The notes under the pieces were generated by a model. The model was not told the DNA's origin, did no database searches, and saw nothing but the letters and a program-made list of their open reading frames with translations. From Felis catus (Eukaryota), in the NCBI RefSeq assembly GCF_018350175.1, contig NC_058368.1, positions 176,888,001-176,952,000 of the forward strand: a stretch of 64,000 nt of DNA, in the 5' to 3' direction. The position numbers and the translations under genes are program-made. Positions 13,851 through 25,667 of the stretch are shown here, piece after piece. Positions within the stretch are counted from its first letter, which is position 1. Every line of letters begins with the position of its first letter.

Positions 13851-15385
13851 TATCATTTTTAATCAAGGTATAATTGTCAGGGGTACCTGAGTGTCTCAAT
13901 CGGTTAAGTGTCCAACTCTTGATTTTGGCTCAGGTCATGGTCTTGCAGTTGTGAGATGGAACCCTCAGTAAGGCTCCAAGCCCAGTACGGAGTCTGCTTA
14001 AGATTCTTTCTCCCTTGCTATCTGCCCCTCCCCAACTTCTGTGCCCTCCCATGCACGTGCTGTCTTTCCAAAAAAAAGTGTAATTGTCATATGACACGTC
14101 TACAACCTGAGTCAATATTTGTATATATTGCAAAATGATCACTACAAGAAGTCTAATTAACATCCATCACTATCCATGGTTATAAAATTTTTTTCTTGTG
14201 ATGAGAACTTTCAAGATTTAATCCCTTAGCAACATGCAATACAGTATTAACTATAGTCACCATGCCGTACATTATATCTCTGTGACTTATTTATTTCATA
14301 ACTAGAAGTTTGTGCATTTTTACCCTTTCACTCATTCTTCTGCCCCACTCGCGCCCCCCCCCCCCCACCTCTGGCAATAACCAATCTGTCTGTGCATTGA
14401 TGAGCTTGGACTGGCTTTGTTTTCATTGTTGTTTTAAATTCCACATATAAGTGAGATCATAGGTATTTCTCTTTCTGTGACTCATTTCACTTAGCATAAT
14501 GCCCTCAGGGGCCATCCATGTTGTCACAAATGGCAAGATTTCATTCTTCTTTTTTTTTAAAGATTAAACAAAATTCTTAATGTTTATTTTTGAGGGGGGA
14601 GGGGCAGAGAGCAAGGGAGACACAGAAACTGAAAAAAAAATTTTTTTAACGTTTATTTGTTTTTGAGACAGAAAGACAAGTGCAAGCAGGGGCGGAGAGA
14701 GAGGGAGACACAGTATCTGAAGCAGGTTCCAGGCTCCAAGGTATCAGTACAGAGCCTGACATGGGGCTCGAACTCACCAACCACAAGATCATGACCTGAG
14801 CCGAAGTCAGACGCTTAACCAACTGAGCCACCCAGGCGCCCCCTTTTTTAAATTTTTTTTAAGTTTATTTTTGAGAGAGAGAAAGAGTGCATGCGTGCAT
14901 GAGTCTGGGAGGGGCAGAGAGAAAGGGGGACAGAGGATCCGAAGAGAGTTCTGCACTGACAGCAGAGAGCCCGATGTGGGGCCAAACCCATCAACTGTGA
15001 GACCATGACCTGAGCCAAAGCCAGACACTCAACCAACGGAGCCACTCAGGTACCCCAAGATTTCTTTCTTTTTTTTTATGGCTGGATAATATTCCACTGT
15101 GTGAATGTGTGTGTGTGTGTGTGTGTTGTGTGTGTGTGTGTGTGTGTGTGTGTATCACATTTTCTTTATCCATTTATCTACTGATGGACACTTGGGTTGT
15201 TTCCATGTCTTGGCTATTATAAATAATGCTGCAATAAACATGGGGGTGCGTACATCTTTTTGAGTTAATGTTTTATTTTCTTTGGGTAAATACCCAGAAG
15301 TAGAATTGTTGGATCTGATGGTAGTTCTATTTTTAATTTTTTGAGGAACCTCCATACTGTTGTCCATAGTGGCTGTACCCATTTG
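13851..15385 (-). mobile_element. L1MA-like 3' end, tail-to-tail with the previous L1, carrying SINEs (13879-14078 +; ~14560-15056, three - copies or fragments) and a (TG)n
   Basis: ORF 15155..15493 (PMFIAALFIIAKTWKQPKCPSVDKWIKKM) is the L1 ORF2p C-terminus. Confidence 0.9.
15098..15153. repeat. (TG)n microsatellite, interrupted
   Basis: Seen directly. Confidence 0.95.
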
Positions 15386-15609
15386 AATTGTACACCTTAA
15401 ACTGGTGAAATATAGGGTATATGAAATAGAGCTCAATAAAATGTTACATAAAAAGAGAAGCACACACACACACACACATACACATAGACACACAAAGAAG
15501 GCACTGTTTCTAAAGAAGGTCTTAAGTGGATTGAGCCATGCAGTAAGTTTAAATAGGTGATGCTAGGCATGAAGTAGAGGACGGTTAATAAAGAGCCCCC
15601 ACAGAGTTT

Positions 15610-15760
15610 AGAGCATTGTTATTGGCCCAGTTTTACAGGTGGGGAAATTGAGCTATGTAGAAATTTAAGGTCTTACAGCTAGTACAGAATGGAAGCCAGA
15701 TTCCAACCTAGGAAGTTGATAGCAAAGCTGTGGCCCTTAACTGCCACATTACTCTGTCTC
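15610..15760 (-). mobile_element. MIR
   Basis: cccagttttacaggtggggaaattgag...acagctagta...gaagccagattccaacctagg core. Confidence 0.75.
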
Positions 15761-16299
15761 CTTGAAACTCCTGATTCTGCTTTAAGATAAAGGCAAGGAG
15801 GGGAACACCCACAACTGAAAATCTCTCAATGGCATGGCTCTCTCTTCCTAGGGCAACTCCTCAGTGCTCATCAGAAACACTCATCATTTGGGTGCCTATT
15901 ATCCGTTTAATAGACATTGTGGAAGTCTTGGTTTCTGCCATTTCTAAAGCAAAATTCAGGACAAAGCAATCTTTTTGAAGATATTCATCATGCAGCTTCT
16001 CTCCTTCAGGGAAGTGATGAAGTGATGTCTGTCTACCAATGTGAATACTCAGCTGGTAATGATCAGATAGAAGGCTTTGTGACACAGTACCTGAATGTCA
16101 GAGCAACCTCTGAAAACTCATAAAAACATGATTGTATATAAGCTCTTCTGAATTTTCATGACTACCCAGAACAATACTGATTTGTCAGTATAAATTTAAT
16201 ATAACAGATTTCTGTTTCTCACATTTCTGTGCTTTTATGTAAGTATAGGGTTTTGTTTGTCAAACCCTCATTTTTATCTGATTATCAAATGAATAAAGG

Positions 16300-16465
16300 A
16301 CAGAAATCTGTCTTTGCATTTTGGACTATTTCTGAGTAGATACCCATGGGTGGGATAATCCCAAGTCAAAGGGTATGAACATTTTTAAGGTTCTTGATCC
16401 TCGTTTCCAAATTAATTTGCAAAAAGATTAAACCAATTTACACTCCCACCACCAGTGTATGAAAA
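16300..16465 (-). mobile_element. L1ME-like fragment
   Basis: gtcaaagggtatgaacatttttaagg...accaatttacactcccaccaccagtgtatga. Confidence 0.7.
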
Positions 16466-17509
16466 TATATTTAAATGCAAATTCCAAACTGCAGAGAGTC
16501 TTTTTCTTAGGTATTTCACTTAAGAAAACAATTTTTTTTTTTAATGCTAAGCAAAAGCCGACCCAAGATGTTAAAAAAAGAAAGTCTGATATAAAAATGG
16601 AGCAGATAGTTAAAACAGCTTGGGCAGAAATAAGCTTTAAAAAGGCCCAAGCAGGCTGATAAAAAATTTTAAGGCATCATAGCAAAACACAATTCTGAAG
16701 GGACCATTAACAATTTGGCTTAGATTAGGATAGCGACCGCCAAGAATGTTGGGCGTGGTCCATGTACCAAATTTTGGTTTCGAAAAAGCTGGGTATTTAA
16801 TCTTTTTTAATACTTCACTTTGTTCTAAAGGCGATGTAAATACCTAAAAGGAGTAGCATTGTGTCTGAATAATCAATCCCGTGGAGATGAAATGAACCCA
16901 CGCCCTCAGAACTACGGTCAGCGCTTATCTCTCCTACACGGAATGCCTCGCCTCTGTAATCTGAGTCCAGCTTGCAACCACAATGACCGCTTCTACGTCT
17001 AATAATGGGGCACAGTGATTGGGGGGGGGGGGTCTCGTGGGAGCGGTGCAGGCAAGGGGAAGCCCAGACTCGGCGTACCAATCCACTGAATTCGACACAA
17101 ATCCCAAAGGTGCTGGAACCTCAGCCTTCGGCCAAGAACCCCCCACCCACCTTCGCCAGTTATTTGGGAACCAGCCCCGTTTCCGCCTACGAGGCTTCTA
17201 TTACTTCTCTCTGCCCCCTCTGACTCGCTTCCCAGAGAAAGAGAAAGCTGACGCCCGAGGAGCAGCCAGAAACTCGATTTCGCCCCTCTCTACATCTCCT
17301 TTCTCACTTTTGTTCCTCCTTTCCTGCTGCCTCTCCCTTCTCTCTCCTTTTCTTCTCTTCTTTCCCCATCCTTCCTCCACGCCTCCTTTCCCTGCCTCTT
17401 CCCCGGACGGATCCGCAGTTCGCCTCCGCTCCTCCAGCTCGGAGCTCCCCTCCCCTCCCTTCCCCTCCCCTCCCCACCGCCCCAGCCCTCGGCTCGCGGC
17501 CCCTCCCGC

Positions 17510-17519
17510 AGCCAATCAG
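17510..17519 (+). promoter_or_regulatory. CCAAT box (NF-Y consensus AGCCAATCAG)
   Basis: Exact extended NF-Y motif at the 5' side of the island, next to GC boxes. Confidence 0.7.
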
Positions 17520-17534
17520 CGCGCGGCCTCCCGC

Positions 17535-17616
17535 GGCCCCGCCCCCGCCGGCCGTTCCGGGCGGGCCCGGTTGAGCCCAGGCCGCGGGTGCGGAGGGTGG
17601 CGCCGCGGGGCGGGGG
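17535..17616. promoter_or_regulatory. GC boxes (Sp/KLF): GGCCCCGCCCCC at 17535-17546 and GGGGCGGGGG at 17607-17616
   Basis: Consensus motifs just downstream of the CCAAT box. Confidence 0.6.
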
Positions 17617-18009
17617 CCGATGGGGCCTGGCGGACTGGCGGCGCCGGCGCGGGGCTCGCCTGGACGCGGGTGTGCGGGGCAGTGAGCGGGCGAGGCGGGC
17701 GCTGCGGCCCTCCCGGGATGGGCCGGCCCTGGCCTGGCGGGGCCGAGCCGGAGGCGAGGGCGGCACGCGGGCCAGGCCTGCCGGGCGGGCGGCCCGGGGG
17801 CTGAGGTAGAAGTGGGCGCGGAGGAAGGGGCCGAGCCAAGGCGGTGGGTGGAGCGGCGAGGGGGGCGGAGGCTGGGCCGCGGCGGGCGAGCGGAGCGGCG
17901 CGCCTGTCCGGGGCTCGGTGGCGGCGGCGGCGGCTCTTGAGGAGGCTGAGGCGGCGGCGGCGGGCCGGACGAGCGCCCGGAGGTGGCGGACGAGGCGCCG
18001 GGGGCCCCC

Positions 18010-18079
18010 ATGGGCGGGTGTGTGGGCGCCCAGCACGACTCCTCGGGCAGCCTCAACGAGAACTCGGAGGGCACCGGAG
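18010..18079 (+). CDS. UBTD2: UBTD2 coding exon 1 ([23 protein letters not shown] + 1 nt, phase 1)
   Basis: ATG at 18010 inside the CpG island, with an in-frame upstream TGA at 17938-17940. The translation matches the mammalian UBTD2 N-terminus as I recall it. Donor GAG|GTAGGT at 18080 joins in frame to exon 2 (G+TC = Val). Confidence 0.96.
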
Positions 18080-19628
18080 GTAGGTGAGCGCCAGGGGGCA
18101 GCCTCGGCCCCCCATTGTTCCCGGCCAGGCCCGGCCACCTGTCCCGGCCCCTGCGGGCCCGCGGGCCGCGCGGCCGGGGCCCCTGAGCCCCTTTGTCATC
18201 CCCTCCTCCACGTCACTCCCCGCGCTCCGCTTCCGGCCGCCCCGCCGGCCGCGGGGTCGCCCCTTGCCCTGCCGGCCCCTGAGGAAAGTCCTTCGCCCGC
18301 CGGGGATGTAGCCCTCGGCCTCTCGACCCCACCGCCTCGGCTCGGGAAACTCGGACCAGAAACTGCCTTTCTTGGCCACCTCACCCCCCTCTCCAGCCCG
18401 TTTAATTATTCAGGAACAGGATGGCGGCGCTGGGGTTGCAGAAAAGCGAATTGATGGGGGGTTGGGGAGGGGAGCTTAATGCATTCCCTCCGACGGGCCC
18501 CGCCACATCTCTCCGCACCCTTCCTCGTTCGGCAGAGTTGGCTGGTCTCAGCTTTCCTGAGTTTCAGATGACAGCTGCCCTGGTTGGTTCCAATTTGGCC
18601 ATTTAAACCTGCAAGTTTCTGGAGCTTGGCTGGGGAAGTCTCGAGTGGCCACACGCATTATTTTAAGGAGGGGTGGGGAAACCGTCCGCCCGAGGAAAAC
18701 GTGGCTTCTTGCTACGGCTTGCGGGTGTTGGGCCAGTTTGCTGTCGGGGTGGGCTAGTTGAATTCCTATCCGCCTTACGTAAAGGAAAATATGTAGAGTA
18801 AAAGTACAAATGCAGGAGTCCGACTTAGCCCAGTGCTTTAAAAGTTTTCGAACACGGAACGCACTTCTAATTTATTGTAAATAGCAGCTGGCGGAGGAGA
18901 GCTTTTTAATTCAATCGGCATTGTAGTATAACAGTGTAACAACACAATTAATTCTACCTTTGCTTAAATGACCTTTGGCTGAGGCCGCTCTGTAGCTTGT
19001 GTAGAGGGCAGAATGTTGTAGTTAAAGAAGAAACAGCTAGGAATAGCAAAGATGACAGTGCTGGTTCCGTTCCAACCTTCTGTTAGATGTCTCAGAATGT
19101 AAGACGTATTTATAAGTTCCTGAACTAAATCGTTTGGGGGGTGGGGGATGAGAGGGTTTACAACTTTTTCTTTTACTAGCTTTTTGGACCAATTGCTCGC
19201 CCTGTCCCTGGAGCTCCATCTGTAAACTGTGCACACTAACGCTTAGCTGATAAATTTCCTGAATTACATGATATTTTGCCATGCCACTTGATTAAAATCT
19301 GTGGGTTTCTTGTATGATTAAATCCTGGACGAATAGTTTGAGGGTTCATTGAAGTGTGTGGTGAAAAAAAAATTGTCCATGAAAACACTACTTAATAGTG
19401 CATTTCAAGTCGTAGCATTGTGTTTTGGTGGCACATTAACAGTGAGATCCCCACTGAGGACGAAGCAGAAGATTAAAAGCTCATGATTTAAAACAGCCCT
19501 GGGTTAAGGTCAAATTGGGGGTCAAAATGATTCTTCCTGCAATTGAAGTGATCATTAGTGGTACCAAAATACACTAGTATGTGCTATAAATAGTGGGGTT
19601 TTGTTTGTTTGTTTTAAGATTTTAAATT

Positions 19629-19940
19629 TGGGATGTCTCAGTGGCTCAGCTGGTTAGGCGTCTGACTCTTGGTTTCATCTAGGGTCATGATCTCCGTTTG
19701 TGGGATCAAGCCCTGCATTGGGCCCTGCTCTGACAGCGTGGAGCCTGCTTGGAATTCTTTCTCCCCGCTCCCTTTCTGCCCCTACCCTCTTGCACTTTCT
19801 CTCTCTCAAAATAAATAAACTTAAAAAAAATTATTTTATTTTATTTTTTTTTAAGTAATCTCTGCAACCCATGCGGGGCTCAAATTCACAACCCCGAGAT
19901 CAAGAGTCACATGCTCTACTGACTGCCAGCCAGGCCACCC
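19629..19940. mobile_element. Tail-to-tail CAN-SINE pair (19629-19830 +, 19845-19940 -)
   Basis: SINE heads at both outer ends with a shared A/T-rich tail junction. Confidence 0.9.
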
Positions 19941-21974
19941 TGGTAGTGTTTAGTTTCAGTTAAATCTAATTTGTTTTACACTCATTTAAAAATTTTAATA
20001 AACATTTTTCTCTTCTTGGTAATGAATTTGAACCAATTTATTGAAAACCTTTTGGTAATGTGACTTAGGACCAGCCAGGCATTATTAGCACGGGCCTTTA
20101 AAAGCATGAAGTCTTAGCTTTTGGTAATTTATTACCAGTAGTGTCTAGTTAGATAACCATAGTATTAGTTTCTTTGAGAACTGAGATCTCTGGACCTTAA
20201 GCTGCGCTATAACTTTCTAAAGTAAAATTTAGAAAAAAGGAACACCAACCACAAAACCTCTTACTTTTCTTCTGAAGAGAAAGTATGGGCCTCATGTAAC
20301 GAGTGGAAGAAGTAGAGGAAGGGGCTGCATGGGATAAAAGCATTGTTTTTGGAATTTAATTATAGAAGACTTTGTTCTTCATTATTGTCACGATAGTTAA
20401 GAGTTAATTGCGGTTTAAAGGAATTAGCTCAGGTGAGTGTTTTAGGTTAACACATTAAATAGTTTTTACTTATTATAGTAGTTTTTGTTGAGAAGGGAAA
20501 GAGTATTTTTCCTAAGGGTGTTGGCACAGATCCTTTGCTTTTCAAACATAAATTGATGGTTTGTAGTTTTCACCTGGACATTTGTGTTATGAAAAATTCT
20601 TTTATCAACATGAAGTAATTTTTCATGACAGTTTTACATTCACATTGTTTTCAAGTCTCACCATTTTAGATTGGTTTGACTTTTTTTTTTTTTTTAAAGA
20701 GTGTGTGAATTGGGGAGGGTAGAGGGAGGGAGAGAGAATCCTAAGTGGACTCCACACTGAGCACTCGATCTCACAACCTTGAGATCATAACCTGAGCTGA
20801 AATCAAGAGTCAGACGCTCAACCGACTGAGCCACATAGGTGCCCCTAGATTGGTTTAACTCTTGAATATCAGGTAACCTTAGTAAAAAATGACTGTTTTA
20901 AAAATCTTTTTGGCCATTTGAGATACTGTACTTTCTCTTTCCCTCTGGATCTAAGTCTCTTGTGCATGCAAGTAATTGCATATAGGAAAAAAACTTGCTT
21001 ACTAAGGGATGTACTTTGAAGGAATTTGAGAAATTTTTGCAAAAGACTGTAGAATATGGAAATTGCTTAATCCACATTAAATCCATAAGATTTGTGTTGT
21101 ATGTTATTTTGGAATCATTTGTAGTATCTTCCTCTGGTATATCTTGCCTAGAATTCAGTTTCTGAGTTTCAGCTAGTTTGATCATTTTTTAAAAGCCTAA
21201 TTTTCATCAAGACAAGTATAGTATATACATTATACAAGATTATTTAGCAATTCACTTCAGGCTTCCATGTTCCTAGAACATTTTTTAGACAGCATGTTCT
21301 GTATAGTTGTCTGCCTTATTATGATGTGACATTGTGATGCTGGGGTTGGAACTCAGGACCTCTAGACAAGGCTTTATGTAGTCCATGGCATTGGCTAAAG
21401 AATGAAATCTCATGATTTTTAAAAATAAGTATGTGGGGAAAAAACAGTAAAGTAAAATTAGTTGAAGACAGCCAACTATTATTTTGTTCACTTCTTTAAT
21501 GAACTTGATGTAGAAAGTGGGTTCTCACTTTCTGGGTGTATCTTTTGTTTTGCATAGTCAGTGATATCCCAAGGGGACTAACCCTCGGTGGTCACAAGTT
21601 TCCAGGTTTACAGCAGGATAACTAACTGCTGGCCATTCATTTCTTTATTTCATAATGTCTTGAGAATATCATGGAATTCTTTTGGGTATCCATTTATAGC
21701 AGCCTTATAGACACCTACTTGAGTAACAGTGGTTTTTGAATAATAACTACCATTTATCCAGTATTTATTATGTAACAGATGTTGTGCTCAGTGATTTGGT
21801 TTTCTCATTTAGTCTTCAATAACTCTGGAAGGTGGATAATATTTCTATTTTATGGATGGATTGAACCTGAAAGAAATTAAGTTGCTTAACATTGCATTGT
21901 TTATAAATGGCAGGCAGAACTTGAACTCAGTGCTGTGATAAAAAATGCTAGTTTCTCTTTTTTTCTAGTTTCAT

Positions 21975-23150
21975 TTTTAAATTTGTGACAAAATACATAT
22001 AAAATTTGCCATTTTAACCATTTTTAAGTGTACAATTTCGTGGCATTAATTACATTCACCATTCCCATGTGCAACCATCCCCCCATAGTTTTAGAAACTA
22101 TGTATTTCTAAAATTTTTCATCTCTTCAAACAGAAACTCTAGATCATTAAGGAGTATTTCTTCTCCCCTCTCCCAACCCGTTAACTTCTAAATCTAAGTT
22201 TTTTCTCTGTGAATTTACCAAGTCTAGATATTTCACATAAGTAGAATCATACAGTATTTGTCCTTTTCTTTCTGATATATTTCACTTTGCATAATGTCTT
22301 CAGGTTAATCCTGTGGTAGCAAGTATCAGTACCTCATCCTTTTTATGGCTCAATAATACTCCATTGTATGTATATACCACATTTTGTTTATCCATTCTTC
22401 TACACAGACATTTGGGCTGTGTCCACTTTTTGGCTATTGTGAATAACGTGGCTATGAACTTTGGTGTACAAAGAGCTGTTTGAGTCCCTGTTTTTGGTTC
22501 TTTTGGATATAATATACCTAGGTGTGGAGTTGCTAGGTTAAATGGTTTACTTTTTTGAGGAACTGCCAAACTTTACCACAGTGGCTGCATCATTTTTCAT
22601 TCCTACCGGCAACATACAAGGGTTTCAGTTTCTCCATATCTTCATCAACACTTGTTATTTCCCATTTTTAAAATTAATAGCCCTTGTAGTGGGTATCTCA
22701 CTGTGGTTTTGGTTTGCATTTCCCAAATGACTAGTGATGTTGAGCATCTTTTAATTAAAGTGCTTCTTGGACGTTTGTTTATCTTCTTTGGAGAAATGTC
22801 TGTTTAAGTCCTTTGCCTGTTTTTTAATTGGGTTGTTTTGGGGTTTTTTGTTGTTGTGTTGTGGGAGGCCTTTGTATATTCTGTATATAAACTCTTATCA
22901 GATACGTGATTCGAAGATATTTTCTCCCATCTTTTCACTTTTTTTTTGTTTTTAAGATTTTATTTTTAAGTAATCTCTGTACCCAAGGTGGGGCTTGAAC
23001 TTACAACCCTGAGGTCAAGAATCCCATGCTCTACCAACTGAGCTAGCCAGGTGCCCCATCTTTACTCTCTCTTGGTAGTGTCCTTTGATGCATAAAAGTT
23101 TTTAATTTTAATGAAGTCAAATTTATTTTTTCTTTTGTTGCCTGGGCTTC
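21975..23150 (-). mobile_element. L1MA/MB-like 3' end with an internal short SINE (22950-23058)
   Basis: ORF 22300..22569 (TPKFIATLFTIAKKWTQPKC) is the L1 ORF2p C-terminus, with typical 3' UTR alongside. Confidence 0.9.
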
Positions 23151-23637
23151 TGGTTTTTTAAATGTATATTTAACTAATCCTTCACTGATGGAGAAAGAAT
23201 AAATCTTTAACCGGTAATTCATAAGTCTAACTTAACTAACATTTGCTTTCTTAACTATGAATAGAAAACTATTTGAAGTTTATTTTCTGTCTTATGTCGT
23301 GAAAAGGTTGATTAGTAGTGAAATGGTTTTTAAAAAGTTGACAAAAGTAATCCATAAACCTACTTTGACTTCTTAATCAAGAGATGATTGTTACATTTTC
23401 CGTAGAAGCATTTCACAATCAAAAGGCATTGAAAACCCACAATATGCCCAACATTGGGTTGGTTGCTGTTGTTCCAAAAAAGGAATCATGATCTTATTTC
23501 TTGAGTATGTCAGAATCCTTTTTTAGGAAAGCATAATAAAATATGCACACATGAAACAACTGTAAAACACTGGTAAACAGATAAATATACTGTAGGATAA
23601 ACTGCGCAAGTGCTGAGGGAATAAAAGAAAATAGTGA

Positions 23638-23802
23638 TCTGAGCTGCTCAAAGGTGGTCCGCTACCAGCAGTTTTGCTGTAACCTGGGAGTATGTTAGAA
23701 GTGCAAAATCTCAGGCCCGCCCCCAGACCTAGTAAATCAGAATCTTCATTGTAACTAGATTCTCAAATGGTTCCTCTGCATATTGAAGTTTGAGAAGCAC
23801 TG
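23638..23802. mobile_element. hAT-Charlie MER5A-like
   Basis: ctcaaaggtggtcc...acctgggagtatgttagaagtgcaaaatctcaggcccgccccagacct...aagtttgagaagcactg. Confidence 0.85.
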
Positions 23803-23911
23803 TACAGGATTGCTTACAGTGGGAAGAGATTAGAGCAAGGAACCCATTAGGAAAAAAATGGCATGAATTGGGACTATATGGATAAAGGGGTATAGGAAAG
23901 AAAGTAAAATA

Positions 23912-24385
23912 CAGACAGTCCCTGACTTATGATGGCTCAATTTAGGATTTTTCAATTTTACAGTGGTGCAACGTGATACATACACATTCAGTAGAAACCA
24001 TACTTGAGAGTTTGAATTTAGTTTTTTTTCCATGGCTGATGATAGGTGATATGATACTCTCTCGAGATGCTGGGCAGAGGCAGCAACCTGCAGCTCCCAG
24101 TCAGCCACGTGGTCAGGATCATGAGGGTAAGCAACGGATACTCTTACCATTTTGTTTCTCACCTTCAGTATAGTATTCAACAAATTACGTGGTATTAGGC
24201 TTTGTGTTAGATGATTTTGCCCAACTGTGGGCTAATGTAAGTGTTCTGAGCACATTTAAGGTAGGCTAGGCTAAACTATGATGTTCTGTAGGTTAGTTGT
24301 ATTAAATGCATTTTCAATTTATGATGATTTCAATTTACGATAGGTTTATTGGAACGTAACCTCGTCCTAAGTCAGGGAAGATCTG
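23912..24385 (-). mobile_element. TcMar-Tigger non-autonomous element (MER47/Tigger5-like), 474 bp
   Basis: TIRs CAGACAGTCCCTGACTTATGA and TCCTAAGTCAGGGAAGATCTG, TA duplicated at 23910-23911 and 24386-24387, internal ttaaggtaggctaggctaa motif. Confidence 0.88.
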
Positions 24386-25667
24386 TAAACCCATGTTTGT
24401 GAATCTGGGTGACCAGGAATATTGAGGTGGCTTGGCAGGTTTTGGGGAATAAGAAAGAGCTATCTGGGGCAAGCTATAATTTGCCTTTCAGTATGCCAAG
24501 GTTTAGTTGACACAAGAATTTTTAAGTTGGGACATCATGTAGGGTGGTGCAGATGTTTAGATATGGAACTCTTATTCAGGATTAGGAATGTGGATTTTGG
24601 AGTCTTTGGGGGAGGTTGACTGAAGGTGTAAAAGTAAATGACTGCTATAAGTAAGTGAAAAGAAGAAGAAAGTACTAAGAACTGAGTCATGAAAATTTCA
24701 CAGAAGATGGACCTGACCATTCTTACAATTTCAGAAAATAATTTATTTTGTTAACTTCTCATTCTAGTGTGGTGTTTGCAGAAATTCTACCTGTAGTGTA
24801 TTACTCACATCCAGAATCGAGGTAGACTTCTTGGGCATCCAACCCTAGAATATACCAGTAGGCCTTTTGAGGTTGATATACTTCAGAACAAACACATTTC
24901 TCTACAAAACACTGTTTTTTTTTTCTTCACCAAGAATATCATTCATATCTCTATCTTATGTATTTTCAATGTCCCATATATTCTACACATCATCTAATTA
25001 GTTTGCTGATTGAATTTTCTTACGCTTCTACTCTTAGGACTGGGTCTATAATTAAAAATGAAGTAGAACTGAGCATGAGGAGGGCTGATGATTAGGCTGC
25101 CCTTCTCAGTGTGACAGTTGAAGTAAAAATTTTTCCTATTTTCTGGGCTGGTAGCTCTGTGGCTTTATGAGTAGGATGCATAAAATTTTATGCCAGTTGG
25201 AGAAAGACATACTACAAAATAGGAGGCATTTACTGGATATAAAGCAGAGGGTGCTTGATTTTACCAGAATGAGTATAGCTGTGGGGGAAGGCCAAAAGGA
25301 AAATAGGCAGCAAGAAGGTGTGTGTTGGAAATCCAGGGGAACTCTGGGTAGGAAGGCTGTAGGTATGAGAACAAAATTTAGGTCGGGGACGCTACCGTTG
25401 GAAAATACTGAGATGTGGGGAAAGCTGATTCCTCTTTGGAAAGAGATTTAAGCACTCAAGTTTTTATTAAAAATAGACATGGGATATTATATCCCTGGCT
25501 AGTCCAATTTTGTTTTCAGTTTTCTAGCAAATAAAAGGTTGACATTTTTTCCCAGTCAAGATTATCTTGGACTTTATGTTGGAATGGCATTTTTAAAGAT
25601 TCTTGCTATGGATAGTAAATGGCCTGGATTTTTTTCATCTCTGATTTTATTTAGGAATCAGTTGCTA

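Larger units (their letters stand above)
17270..18420. promoter_or_regulatory. UBTD2: CpG island / TATA-less promoter and 5' UTR of UBTD2
   Basis: Very GC- and CpG-rich stretch around exon 1 in an otherwise AT-rich, CpG-depleted window. No SINE lies between ~15060 and ~19630. Confidence 0.93.

Noticed and set aside
16010..16100. Possible C/D box snoRNA (GTGATGA ... CTGA about 80 nt apart)
   Set aside because: No terminal stem, no recognisable rRNA/snRNA antisense element, and it is not in an intron of the supported gene.
15861..16123. Protein-like short ORFs upstream of the promoter (possible pseudogene fragment)
   Set aside because: I recognise no homolog and see no retrocopy hallmarks. 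A BLASTX search would be needed.
17019..18454. Long overlapping ORFs (up to 282 aa) on both strands across the CpG island
   Set aside because: They are Pro/Ala/Arg/Gly-rich shadow frames caused by stop-codon scarcity in GC-rich DNA. The real CDS is the 70-nt spliced exon at 18010.
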